64,000 bases of DNA, taken from positions 20,411,237 through 20,475,236 of the forward strand of contig NC_092672.1 in assembly GCF_964355755.1 (NCBI RefSeq), written 5' to 3'. How positions within the stretch are numbered: position 1 is the stretch's first letter; each line of letters begins with the position of its first letter. The notes beneath the pieces were generated by a model that saw only the letters and a list, made by a program, of their open reading frames with translations, did not search any database and was not told the DNA's origin. Below, one piece after another: positions 38,105 to 50,554 of the stretch. Origin of the DNA: Antedon mediterranea (taxonomy: Eukaryota > Animalia > Echinodermata). The position numbers and the translations under genes are program-made.

Positions 38105-38905
38105 CTAAGAAAATGAAATAATAGTTGTCTAACAGAGATGGAGTTGTAGGGTACTGGGTGGCAAAAGATTAATATTACTGTATATATATATATACTGGTG
38201 CAGGCCATCAAATATTGCCATCAATTGCAATTAATTCTACTAGTCTTAATGATACCAAATCTGCCAAAAATTTAATTTGAGCATAAAATCTCACCAAATT
38301 CATATTTAGAACATACTGTAAGTTGGCCACTGCTGATCAACAGTTTTAGCCTATATAATAGGAGTTTAAAGGATTTTGGCACCATGACTGAAGGTTAAAG
38401 ATATGCTAGAATTACAAAATGTAAAATCAGTACACAAACTGCTTTAAATTATCATTTTAAATTTCATTTTACATAAAGCGTTAATCAATTTTAGGTTAGG
38501 TGTAGCTTTATTTATTTATTTTTAAATCAGTATGATACTTATTGACTTTTATATTTCAGTTTTCTCAGGGAAGAGTTAAATTACAATTTAATTTAACTCT
38601 TCCCTGGTTTTCTTGTAATTTTAATGGTACACTATCATTATGCTCATTTTTATTTGGTTCTCATCTCTTTATCGACTGTTCTTATTCTATTTTTTTTCTT
38701 TATCTGTTGATGATAATGATGATGAATATAGAAAATTTGATATATTGATATGATTTGAAAATGCTGATTTTGTATATTTAACAAAAATAAAGGTCCAACT
38801 TCTAGCGACCTTTCTTAGGACCATAACAGTACATAGATGTTTTTACATTTGAGAATGACATGTGTATCTTACTGTACTTTATTAAAAGATAAACGTAATA
38901 ATTAC

Positions 38906-38979
38906 CAAATGCTTCAAGAATAGGATTTGAGTCTAATATTCTACGTTCAATGCAATCTGCTGGTGATGGTGTAAAACCA
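38906..38979 (-). CDS. MYO19: MYO19 exon
   Basis: IERRILDSNPILEAFG. Confidence 0.9.
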
Positions 38980-39121
38980 CTAAGAACAAAAAAGACAACA
39001 AGTTATAACAAATAAGTAACAAAACAGAGACAAATCTATAATTATGATGAAATAAAAACTGTAATTTTACATACATGAGAGTGTTTAATGATATTAAATT
39101 AAATGTGTTTAATTTTCATAC

Positions 39122-39180
39122 CCAGGGTTACATACTGCCACCGTTGTCAGATATTTTAGTAAACATCTTGCATTCCATGT
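39122..39180 (-). CDS. MYO19: MYO19 exon
   Basis: TWNARCLLKYLTTVAVCNP; a phase-2 donor GG|gtatga fits the next exon. Confidence 0.8.
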
Positions 39181-39503
39181 CTGTAATAAAACAGTAATAA
39201 ATAACAGATAACAAAAAATATTGACTAAACTGCCTTTGTGAAAATGGGTTGCCAACATTCCCTCTTTGCACGTCTGGCAAGCATTTAGTGACATTCAATA
39301 AATGCTGATTTTGTAACAGTGTCCTTTGAAACAGTAAAAACAAATTATAGCACTCTCTATTACTTGTCCATGCTTTTAGCCTCTCTATTTTTATTCAATT
39401 TTGGGCCTCACTAATATTTCAAAATAAAGAAGTGGTTTTGTAAAAAATTGACTGTGATTACATTGGTGAAAAGAAACGTAATTAACTGAAATTGTTGAAT
39501 TAC

Positions 39504-39617
39504 CTTTCCAGAACCACTTTCCCCGCTGACAATTATTGACTGATTAATCTTGTCTAGTCTTCTAGTAAGATTACACAATGCTATTTCTGCAACTCTAAAT
39601 ACATGTGGTGGGTTTGC
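39504..39617 (-). CDS. MYO19: MYO19 exon (P-loop)
   Basis: PPHVFRVAE...NQSIIVSGESGSGK. Confidence 0.92.
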
Positions 39618-40141
39618 CTGATAAAATATATAATATAAAATAAAGATATATATAATATAAAATAAAGATGTATATTCCCCAAAAAACATGAAAATGAGGA
39701 TTAATAAAATCAAGCCATTTTGCTGTTTTAATAAAGTTATTAATTTTAAAGAAATAAAAAACACACAAATATAGTGGTTTACTTTAAAAAAAAGACAAAA
39801 TGAATGGTTAAATTTAACTAAAAGCCCATTTTCTGACAGAAAATGTGACTGTTAAAAAATTACAGTTTTTCAGGTAAATAATGTTTTTTTTTTCCAATTT
39901 TTGGTCAAAAAGTGAATAACTACAGTATTATGTGACATAAAATGGCATATTCAGCAAAACAATTATCTTTTCAGGGAAGCTCAGCATACATCTCTAAGTT
40001 CTCACTTCTAAGTGCAACTGAGGACATATTAATATTTTTGCCCAATATTGAAGATAAAGTGAAGTCAAGATTTTAATAGTGATGTCACCAACATATAAAT
40101 TTTCCTAAAAATCAATAGTATACTAGCGAATCATTGTTTAC

Positions 40142-40281
40142 CTTTTGATCACTATGGTAACGATGAATCATATGAACATCAAAATGTCCAGTTTCTTTGA
40201 AAGGATTTAAAGTAACAAGGGTGTTGCCAGTCTGAGTGTGGTATCTACCAGCTAAGTAGCGCTCACGTAAACAGTTCAGCA
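40142..40281 (-). CDS. MYO19: MYO19 exon
   Basis: VLNCLRERY...YHTQTGNTLVTLNPFK. Confidence 0.88.
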
Positions 40282-40299
40282 CTATCAACAGAAAAACTT

Positions 40300-40650
40300 A
40301 GGTTAAGTAACAAGTGTGTTGCCAGTTTGAGTGTGGTATCTACCAGCTAAGTACCGCTCATGTAAACAGTTCAGCACTATGAACAGAAAACATTAGAAGT
40401 AACAAGTGTGTTGCCAGTCTGAGTGTGGTATCTACCAGCTAAGTACCGCTCATGTAAACAGTTCAGCACTATGAACAGACAACATTTTGTTAAGTAACAA
40501 GTGTGTTGCCAGTCTGAGTGTGGTATCTACCAGCTAAGTACCGCTCACATAAACAGTTCAGCACTATGAACAGAAAACATTAGAAGTAACAAGTGTGTTG
40601 CCAGTCTAAGTGTGGTATCTACCAGCTAAGTACTGCTCAAGTGTGTTGCC
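40300..40650 (-). repeat. ~91-96-bp tandem copies of a MYO19 splice acceptor plus exon 5' half
   Basis: aagtaacaag.gtgttgccagtctgagtgtggtatctaccagctaagta.cgctca.gtaaacagttcagcactat repeated ~3.5 times next to the real exon. Confidence 0.88.
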
Positions 40651-40954
40651 AATATTTTGTCAAATTTTCTTCAAATTATTCGCTGTTCTACTCTAAAAAT
40701 GTATTACTGAACTATCAATTTTATTTTAAAGTGAGTATTTAATTTGGAAAAATTTGAAGGAAAATGTTGGATTCATCCAAATTGTGGTCTTTGATCTCTA
40801 ATTAGTTAGAGGGAGGCAGCAGCTAATGGTAAAAATAGGTGATCATCTGGCTTTAAATTAGATTGAGCTTTTAATTAAAGGGATCTTTAATAGGAGGAAG
40901 ACCTGTATAGTACTAACAACCATTGAAACATGTGTCTACTATTAATTCACTTAC

Positions 40955-41060
40955 CAGCAGGTTCTGAGAGAGGATTAAGCAAAACAAGATCATCTGTATT
41001 GATCCAATCTGTTTGAGTACACAGCACTGGATAGCCAGCATGACCACGTATCACAACCTC
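40955..41060 (-). CDS. MYO19: MYO19 exon (start of motor domain)
   Basis: ...TDDLVLLNPLSEPA; AG/GT boundaries. Confidence 0.82.
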
Positions 41061-41182
41061 CTAGACAATGAAGTTACAAGCAATATTTAAAATACATTAT
41101 ATAGAATACTTAGTAGCAAGGTTGGGTTGTTGACATAGATGGTATGCTGCCCTCCCCTCCTTACCTCACAATTATATTTTGT

Positions 41183-41560
41183 GTCTATAATCTTGCCATC
41201 ACTAAAACATGAATTAACACACGCTGGAACCCAAACCTCTTACCTGGCCATTAGATTTAGTGACTATAATCTTGCCATCACTAAAACATGAATCAACACA
41301 CACTGGAACCCAAACCTCTTACCTGGCCATTATATTTAGTGACTATAAACTTGCCATCACTAAAACATGAATTAACACACGCTGGAACCCAAACCTCTTA
41401 CCTGGCCATTAGATTTAGTGACTATAATCTTGCCATCACTAAAACATGAATCAACACACACTGGAACCCAAACCTCTTACCTGGCCATTAGATTTAGTGA
41501 CTGTAATCTTGCCATCAGTAAAACATGAATTGACACATGCTCGAAAACCCAAACCTCTTT
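41183..41560. repeat. 79-bp tandem repeat, ~4.7 copies
   Basis: Period 79 (41262, 41341). Confidence 0.92.
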
Positions 41561-41925
41561 TTCATCATGTATCCACACCATTAACCCCTGAAAGTACAGT
41601 AAACAGTTCATTATTCAATTCAATCAACTTTTATTATCCACAATCTGATTCTTTTGGTTGTGGCAGACTCACAAATGTAAACAAACATTTAAAACAAACA
41701 TTTAAAATACACATGTATACAAATTATTGCTAAAGAGTAATTTTTGTAAAGTCTAACAGCTTTCAGAATAAATTATTTTCTGTAGCGCTCAGTACATGTC
41801 TTTCTGAAGAATTCATTTGGAGATTTGAGGACTAATTAATATGTATTGAAAAGAGGATGTGTTTCATTTTGAAGGATCTAATAGTAATTATTCTGTATAT
41901 AATTCTTTATGTTAAAACCATTCAT

Positions 41926-42143
41926 GAATACGTACATGTGCGACGTTTCAACTTGTTTTTAACAAGTCAGGCAATGACTATTTGTAACCTTAGTCTGTGA
42001 TTTTCCGAATTTCTTTGCCTTTTTAGGGGGCACTAATCTACAACTAGCAAAGCTACAGTACTCCTAGCAACTACTAACATCTAGTCAGTTGCCAGATGAA
42101 GACTTATTAAAAACAAGTTGAAACGTTGCACATGTACGTATTA
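41926..42143. mobile_element. Inverted pair of degenerate hammerhead-like motifs (Penelope pLTR-like remnant)
   Basis: aatacgtacatgtgcgacgtttcaacttgtttttaacaagtc is inverted against ccagatgaagacttattaaaaacaagttgaaacgttgcacatgtacgtatt. Confidence 0.5.
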
Positions 42144-43001
42144 TTTTTAAACAATCTACTGACTTAAAGAAGGGCTAGACAGATGGAATTAGTAAATTAA
42201 CCAGCCAATGTGTGGGCAACCATTTCATTCCATGTTTTAATACCCTAATGAATAACTGTGACAAGTGTCAGAATGTTCACTTCAGGTCTACTAAAAGTAG
42301 GCCTACTATGCATGACAGAGCAACAGCATTTTCCTTTACCTTTTTAAAACGACATGCTGGTTTCTTTTTAACTTGGGGTGGAAAGCATCTAGGCCTAGAT
42401 TTAGTAATAATCTGAAAAAAATAGCGAAATGCAAAATTTTTACAAACAAATTTTTATGAACATAACCACTTGTGACCTAGCCTAGCTAGGAATTTAAATG
42501 GTTAGCAGAAAAGTGTAGTCGGTCTGATTTGATTTGAATTGATTAGAAAATCATCATAAAAAATACATACAAAAGAAAAGTGATAACATAAATTACTGAC
42601 ATTACAAATAATACAATTATAAAAGATTTTGCAGGATAGCCCAAAAAGCTTAGGCCTAAATAAACATTCATCCCTTATAGTACCAAACAAATATTGACCA
42701 GAACCAGCAATCAGCAACGCTCCTTACCGAACACCCGATTTTATCGGAACCAAAATAAAACGTCGATTTTACCATTATATCAAACATAAAACTACCGCAT
42801 TGGGCCCTGCGCTAATACGATCGGGCCCAGCAAATGAGACGATAGAGACCAAACTGGTTCCTAACACATGAGACGATCGGGCCAACGCATGAGACGATCG
42901 GGACCACGTTTTCTGGGCCCAAGATGATCGGGCAGCAAATAAAAACAATTTACTGTGATAACCGGCCTAGACTTAGGTTAGGCCTAATATAGTAATAATA
43001 C

Positions 43002-43990
43002 GATTTTGATCCAAGTTGGCCCTAAACCGTCTCGGCCAAAGTCAAGTCGGTCCCAAGTCAAGTCGGTCCCAAGTCAAGTCGGCCCCAAGTCAAGTCGGCC
43101 CCAAGTCAAGTCGGCCCCAAGTCAAGTCGGCCCCAAGTCAACTCGGCCTCAAGTCAACTCGGCCTCACGTCAACTCGGCCAAAAAATAATCGGTCAACTC
43201 GGCCTCATTAAAGTATGGAACGCAAAAAGTGCAAATGAAGGGGATTGATAAAATAATATTTCTTCAAAATTTTTTAACTATGAATAATTCTGACTTTTAA
43301 TTAATATTAATATTTAGACAATAATATATTTAGGAAAAAAAATAGGAATGATTTCACCAACTTTCCTTTATTTACGTTTAATAAAATTTCAAATTGCACA
43401 ATTGAAAACAATTCGTAGCTGCGCCTCCCTGCGCGTTTGGCAGCTTTTTCGATATCTACAACTGCTATGTGTTTTCGCTGACCGGGGGATTCCCCTTTTT
43501 TAAAAACGCAAAGCATGGACAAAAACGATGTACGATCATTTTTTCTATGGCCAAATGTGATGAAACGTAGGCCTCCGTCTTCGATTTACTAAATGCAATA
43601 GGCCTACCTGCACATGTTTTTGTAACACGCGGGTACTTCTATTCATATCGGCAATGAGTTCATTTTTTTATATGATATTATTTAATTATATTATATTTTT
43701 TATTTCTTCATTTTTTAGAGTGGATAGGCCTAACTAAGCCTAGTAATATAAATCATAATAACATTAAGTACTTTTTGCGTTCCATATTTTATTGTGGCCG
43801 AGTTGACCGATTAGTTGTTGGCCGAGTTGACGTGAGGCCGAGTTGACTTGAGGCCGAGTTGACTTGATTGAGGCCGAGTTGACTTGAGGCCGAGTTGACT
43901 TGGGGCCGACTTGACTTGGGGCCGACTTGACTTGACGTGGGGCCAACTTGACTTTGGCCGAGACGGTTGGGGCCGACTTGACCTGCACCC
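43002..43990. mobile_element. MULE-like foldback element with 15-bp subterminal arrays
   Basis: TSD aataatac (42994-43001, 43991-43998); inverted arrays of caagtcaagtcggcc; right end reads GGGTGCAGGTCAAG on the minus strand. Confidence 0.8.
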
Positions 43991-44201
43991 AATAATACCC
44001 TACCCAGGCCTACCTACCTAGCCTAGCTAGGCCTAGAGGCTACTCTAGGGCCAGGCTATAGTAGTATATAGGCCTAGCTAGGCCTAGGCCTAGCCTAACT
44101 AGGCCTAGATTTATTGCACCTGACCTGCATTATCCTACATAATTGCCTGTACCTAGCCTAGCTAGGCGCCGCCTAGTAATTGCATTAATTTAGTAACTTA
44201 C

Positions 44202-44240
44202 TTTTTTGCCTACTGGAATGTAATTATTGCTTTTTTCCAT
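44202..44240 (-). CDS. MYO19: Putative MYO19 first coding exon (MEKSNNYIPVGKK)
   Basis: ATG plus a consensus GTAAGT donor, phase 0 matching the 41060 exon; CG-richer promoter-like sequence lies just upstream. Confidence 0.5.
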
Positions 44241-44413
44241 CAAAATAGTTGTCATTTTGATAGGCGCGCCTCCTCTCACTTCCCCAAAACCAACAGTTCC
44301 TTTTTTTTTTCAAAAACACCGGCCGCCGCGCGCCACCTATAATAAAGTATCTAATAAACAAGAAATATTTCTTACAAAAAACGCCGCGTAACTTTTTGAC
44401 TGGACAGTTGTAA

Positions 44414-44594
44414 AGGGTCTTTCACACCTGTTCCGGCACGGTTCCGGTCCGGCTTCGGAAAATCCAATCGAACGTCAATGTTTCGTTTTCACGCGGCTAC
44501 GCACATATTGATTGGCGCATAGCCGCGTGAAAACGAAACATTGATGTTCGATTCGCCGGACCGGAACCGTGCCGGAACAGGTGTGAACGACCCT
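44414..44594. mobile_element. Near-perfect palindromic MITE (PIF/Harbinger-like)
   Basis: agggtctttcacacctgttccggcacggttccggtccggc...gccggaccggaaccgtgccggaacaggtgtgaacgaccct with TAA/TTA flanks. Confidence 0.75.
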
Positions 44595-45093
44595 TTAGAA
44601 CAGTCTTCATTAATCTAGTATAATAGGTCGGCCAATCAAAACGCAAGTGAACAATTGGGACTTTACTTGTGATTTATGTCATTGGCCTGTCAGCACAGTC
44701 GTTTCTTTCTAGAATTAAACGCACAAATTTGTATTGGGAATAATGTATATGGTTATTACTATCGCATTTAGGTATTGATAATAGGCCTAATAATAATATG
44801 GCTTTTGAATATATAATTACTGTCTGTAGAATAACATTTATACATTTTCGGTTCGCGATGAAAAGTTATATGAATGGATTTGTAATAGGTATTTATAATA
44901 ATAGTATATGGGTTGTATTATTGCTAAGCTATCACCAAATCGCGTTATAACATTATTTCTCAGGGTTTTTTGCACCATTGATCAATACCAAACGCGTATC
45001 GGTATTATAGTTTTTAATGAATCATTACATTAATAAAAATACCCAATTAAATCAATCGCGTCAGTCCAATTCCGACTTATGTTTCGATCACAT

Positions 45094-45252
45094 AGTTCTG
45101 TGTCTACACTGTCCCAACTAGTTTAACAAAAAAAATGTGATGTGCCCAAATATGGTAGTGATATGCCCGATTATCGTAGTGATATGACATCGTCATGTCT
45201 ATATAATATGGGCACATCATATTTTATTTAGTTTGATAGTATAGACAGAGCT
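45094..45252. mobile_element. Short MITE
   Basis: Imperfect TIRs (tgtctacact / agtatagaca) and an internal tgatgtgccc / gggcacatca inverted pair. Confidence 0.6.
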
Positions 45253-45279
45253 TAAGGATTATATTTAAAAAATGTTTTC

Positions 45280-45640
45280 TTACATTTTGAACGGAAGTAT
45301 TTATTTGTTTATAAGCCCAATTTTCCAGTCTTAATTTTACATTTTGAAAAAAGGTATTTATTTGTTTATAAGCCCAATTTTCTAGTCTTAATTTTACATT
45401 TTGAAAAAAAGTATTTTATTTGTTGATAAGCCCAACTGTGCAGTCTTATTTTACATTTTGAACGAAAGTATTTATTTGTTGATAAGCCCAATTTTGCAGT
45501 CTTATTTTACATTTTAAACGAAAGTATTTATTTGTTGATAAGCCGAATTTTCCAGTTTAATAATAATGACCCCTTCCACAGTGCTTATACCATATACATT
45601 TTACATGATATTGACCGTGGGTTCTTTACGCCTCTGATGC
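45280..45640. repeat. ~59-bp tandem repeat with a related block at ~46090-46260
   Basis: Unit ttacattttgaacgaaagtatttatttgttgataagcccaattttgcagtcttatt. Confidence 0.8.
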
Positions 45641-46426
45641 ATTTGTTTTTATTGTACCTTTTTAATAAATTATTATATGTTTAGGCCTAATCACACCCAA
45701 TTTAATGAAACGGTCAGATTCCGATTTCAATTGAACGAAAGTAGTACTGTATTTATTATTCATTGATAAGCCAAGGGTCCCATGGCGTTAGCCGATATCT
45801 TGAGCATTTGACTCTTGTAACACAAATCATTCTTCAAAATCTAAAGAAAGAACCTCACACGTCTTTTTTGTGAGTGATACACTATGGATATGCCCACGGA
45901 AATAATATGTGGACATTGCAAACAATCATAGGCCTACAGTAACAAACATAACATGGCTAATAAGCATAACATTCAGACTTGCTTGTTTTCTAGTGGATTT
46001 TTATTTACTTTAGCATGTAGAATAAAACTAGTAACAGTGGCTATATTAATAATTATACTGATTATCCTTGATGTTATCGCGTCTAATAATAAAATATTTT
46101 GTTGTTGATAAGCCCAATTTTTCAGCCTTGATTTTACATTTTGAACGAAAGTATTTATTTGTTGATAAGCCCAATTTTGCAGTCTTAATAATGACCCTTC
46201 CACAGTGCATTTTACATGATATTGACCGAGGGTTTTTACGCCTCTATAGGCACTGATCAATACCATAATTAATGTACTTTTTTAAATGAATATTGAAATG
46301 TTTCAACACTCCCAGATTTCCTCATCTTTATCGTTTCAAAAATTAATTAAATAATTTTCAGTGTATCACCGGGCGGTTTGGAATTTATTTCTATGCCCGT
46401 TGTGTTTATATATATAATATTAAGTA

Positions 46427-48082
46427 TCTATATATAAATTATGGTTAATTCTGACATAGGCGAGCACAATGCAAAAACTTCTCTACAAATCTCCGCCTTG
46501 GATACCTACCTTATCTATCCGAGATGTACCGCGAAACGTAGATTTGATAACATTAGTGTGCACGCCGACGCTATTATTCCATATTTATATCTTAGGAAGA
46601 ATATTATAAAGAGTTTTTTAACAACATTTATGATTTCAACATTGGATTTTCCTCTCAATTTCAATTCTTCCCGGTCAAAGTAATTTCCGGGTTTAAGATA
46701 AGTTCACCTTAGTTTCAAATATTTTCTCTCTTTTAATAATAATAATAATAATAATAATAAATGAAAACTTATATAGCGCCGGTATCCTCCACCCATGTGG
46801 CGCTCATGGCGCTTTGTGCATTAACAACGTGCGAGAACATCAGCGAATAGCGACGTCTTTAGGTTGGTCTTGAAACTGTTTAGACTAGTTGAGCATTTAA
46901 CTGTTGCTGGTAAGCTGTTCCATACACTTGCGGCCGCAACGTAAAAAGATCTCTGACCCCACTGATTTTTCGCTCTACGCTCTTGAAGAAGGTTTTGTGA
47001 CAATGATCGTAGGCCTCTGCGGGATGATTCGTAACGATCCACAAGGTCAGATAAATAAGCAGGAGCACTGTCATACACAAGGGAGCAGTTAAAATAATAG
47101 ATTTGACTCTAAAGGTGACTGGAAACAGGCACTTTCCATCAATCAATACAGTGTCCCTTTGGAAGACGAAAAAAAAATTGGCCATTAATCATAGCCATTT
47201 CAGTTTTTTGTTTATTTTAAAACATACCACACGTGTGTGAAGGTACAGTAGTTAAATAATAGGAATTATACTGCAAATTAATAAAGATCAAATTAAATAT
47301 ACGCCATAAAGAATCAGAATATATTGTAGTATAGTATTATAAAATTACATAGGGAGATTTGATAAGACATTTTTCGAGTGAAATCCCGATAGCTGAGTTT
47401 TATTGAGTAAGCTTGCAGGAATAACTGTAGGCTATCTTCCTGTGTCCCGTTAGGACCGAGATGTCTGCCCATGTTGCAAGCCGTAATGTCTTCTTTCTTG
47501 GGCCCACTCTGTCACGGCAGTTAGTTTCAAAAGATGATTAAATTAAATAATGTATTAATAATTATTAGGATGGTATTCATTTGAATAAACGCCTCTCCAA
47601 TAAAACATCACTTTGAATAATAACCACCCCACAACCCAACTATCTAATAAACGTCCATCCACATATTTATAATAACACAATTATACTATTTGTAGTAGAA
47701 TTCACCGCACTGTTATCTGCAATTTACCAAGCATTTGTTATTCTTTTTTACCACTTTTCATATCTATGAGAGGATTTCATTTGATTATAAATGTTACCAT
47801 ATTATTAAAACTAAAAAATTTAACATATTATATCCCTCGAATAAGCACCTCCCTCAAATGACCTCCGCCTCCCCAAAGGGCCCTACCAAACAATAAAAAC
47901 TATACTTTAAAATGTTATTAATCATCTAAAACACTGTGAAACAAAATAGTTTAGTTTTACGAATGTCCAGCATTTTCAATAATGGTAACCGACAGAAAAT
48001 GTATAAGGAGAACATTATCATTCCGAGAACCATCGTCTACACTTCCTAGAGGGGGAGCGAGCGAAGCGAGCTCACCCTCTAG
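46427..48082 (+). mobile_element. Non-autonomous Helitron, copy A
   Basis: A|TCTATATATA...ctagagggggagcgagcgaagcgagctcaccctCTAG|T: 5' TC, 3' hairpin plus CTAG, A-T target, no TSD. Confidence 0.88.
46736..47072 (-). mobile_element. L2/CR1-group LINE 3' fragment inserted in Helitron A
   Basis: APAYLSDL...LRS...WGQRSFYVAAASVWNSLP...FKTNLKT plus (tat)n tail; absent from Helitron copy B. Confidence 0.85.
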
Positions 48083-49241
48083 TAATTATGAATTCACCAA
48101 CACTTTCAGGCCCGGGGCCGAGTTGTAGACCAGACTTCCATGCACAGCCACATGTTAAGGAATATGAATCTCTTTATGATTTTAATATGGTTCGAAATGA
48201 TATTACACAACAACGATTAGACAGCAACTGTGCAAGAGTCAAACTAATAAAATCGGAATGATGACCTATTGTAATCAAATTCTATAAAAAAAATTAGTAA
48301 AGGATTCTAACTTAAATAACTGTACATTGTGAAGCTCATTCTGCCATGGAACAGTAATCGAAAAAGATAAAAATCAAAGCTATACACTAGTAGAGCAGGC
48401 TTTCCTATATGATTAAAACTATTTGACGAAAAGGCATATTTCAAACACATTAAAGGAAAAGTTAAGCACACAAAAAATGGTAAAATTACATGTTTTTGCA
48501 TTGTTATTTTGTGAACAATGGATGTTCTATAACTCAAAATGGCATTCAAAAACTTGCATATTTACTGTAATTACGTTTCATGTTTCACATTTAACTGTTT
48601 TTTTTATGTAGGAGAGCGTATTTACTCTTTTCCAATATTTACTGAAGAGTTTTGTAATTCATTTAAAGAAGAAATAGAACATTTTGAAAACACAGATTTA
48701 CCAAAAGGAAGACCAAATACAATGAACAATTATGGTGTAAGTGTGGCTACCGTAAATGCCCTGCTTTGCATAAACTACTCAAAAACCCCACCTCAAATAT
48801 TAACTCCCCTACCCCATACAACATCATTAGGTATAAATGCCCCTCATAAACATGACATGACTTCCATGATCTACAATTGACCAAGCATGGTGATTTTTAC
48901 TGTATTTTATCACTTCTTGATATTGATTTTGTTTTTAAAAAATGTATTTGATTTCTTTGTTATGTAGAAGGATTGAAAATAAATAAAAATAAAATAAAAG
49001 GCACTATTATTATTAAAACATAGAGCTGCTTAAAATTTTCAAAATGTATTTTGTTGTAGGTATTAATGAATGAATTGGGATTTGATGACTACTTCATCAC
49101 ACCTTTACGTCAGAATTACATAACTCCACTCGCTAGGCTCTTGTATCCAGACTGTGGTGGAGACTTGTTAGACTCTCACAAAGCTTTTGTTGTAAAGTAC
49201 AAGATTGGAGAAGATTTGGATCTTAACTATCATTATGATAA

Positions 49242-50554
49242 CTAGAGGGTGAGCTCGCTTCGCTCGCTCCCCCTCTAGGAAGTGTAGACGATGGTTCTCG
49301 GAATGATAATGTTCTCCTTATACATTTTCTGTCGGTTACCATTATTGAAAATGCTTGACATTCGTAAAACTAAACTACTTTGTTTCACAGTGTTTTAGAT
49401 GATTAATAACATTTTAAAGTATAGTTTTTATTGTTTGGTAGGGCCCTTTGGGGAGGCGGAGGTCATTTGAGGGAGGTGCTTATTCGAGGGATATATGTTC
49501 AATTTTTTAGTTCTAATAATATGGTAACATTTATAATCAAATGAAATCCTCTCATAGATATGAAAAGTGGTAAAAAAGAATAACAAATGCTTGGTAAATT
49601 GCAGATAACAGTGCGGTGAATTCTACTACAAATAGTATAATTGTGTTATTATAAATATGTGAATGGACGTTTATTAGATAGTTGGGTTGTGTGGGGGGGT
49701 TATTATTCAAAGTGATGTTTTATTGGCGTTTATTCAAATGAATACCATTCTAATAATTATTAATACATTATTTAATTTAATCATCTTTTGAAACTAACTG
49801 CCGTGACAGAGTGGGCCCAAGAAAGAAGACATTACGGCTTGCAACATGGGCAGACATCTCGGTCCTAACGGGACACAGGAAGATAGCCTACAGTTATTCC
49901 TGCAAGCTTACTCAATAAAACTCAGCTATCGGGATTTCACTCGAAAAATGTCTTATCAAATCTCCCTATGTAATTTTATAATACTATTCCCCACAATATA
50001 TTCTGATTCTTTATGGCGTATATTTAATTTGATCTTTATTAATTTGCAGTATAATTCCTATTATTTAACTACTGCACCTTCACACACGTGTGGTATGTTT
50101 TAAAATAAACAAAAAACTGAAATGGCTATGATTAATGGCCAATTTTTTTTTCGTCTTCCAAAGGAACACTGTATTGATTGATGGAAAGTGCCTGTTTCCA
50201 GTCACCTTTAGGGTCAAATCTATTATTTTAACTGCTCCCTTGTGTATAAAAGAGAGAAAATATTTGAAACTAAGGTGAACTTATCTTAAACCCGGAAATT
50301 ACTTTGACCGGGAAGAATTGAAATTGAGAGGAAAATCCAATGTTGAAATCATAAATGTTGTTAAAAAACTCTTTATAATATCTTCCTAAGATATAAATAT
50401 GGAACAATAGCGTCGGCGTGCACACTAATGTTATCAAATCTACGTTTCGCGGTACATCTCGGATAGATAAGGTAGGTATCCAAGGCGGAGATTTGTAGAG
50501 AAGTTTTTGCATTGTGCTCGCCTATTTCAGAATTAACCATAATTTATATATAGA
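49242..50554 (-). mobile_element. Non-autonomous Helitron, copy B, inserted inside an OGFOD2 exon
   Basis: Reverse complement of copy A without the LINE; inserted in the Asn codon AA|T of HYDN with no TSD. Confidence 0.92.

Larger units (their letters stand above)
19055..44240 (-). pseudogene. MYO19: Unconventional myosin XIX gene (~21 exons, ~1053 codons) with one in-frame stop; pseudogene, null allele or base error
   Basis: P-loop GESGSGK|TWNARCLLKYL, switch I NHNSSRFGK, switch II DVYGFE, VFMKPC...[28 protein letters not shown] motifs. All traced exon phases are compatible. TAA at 33991-33993. Confidence 0.85.

Noticed and set aside
42340-42394. Possible extra MYO19 5' exon (PRCFPPQVKKKPACRFKK, AAG|gtaaag)
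   Set aside because: The donor is good, but the acceptor phase does not match the putative first exon, so it cannot be supported without transcripts.
43006-43992. (SQVGP/KSSRP)n ORFs
   Set aside because: Translations of MULE 15-bp subterminal arrays.
49242-50554. Helitron B being spliced out as a new intron (donor AGG|gtgagc at 49249)
   Set aside because: The retained bases create GAT-AAC-TAG, an in-frame stop before the donor.
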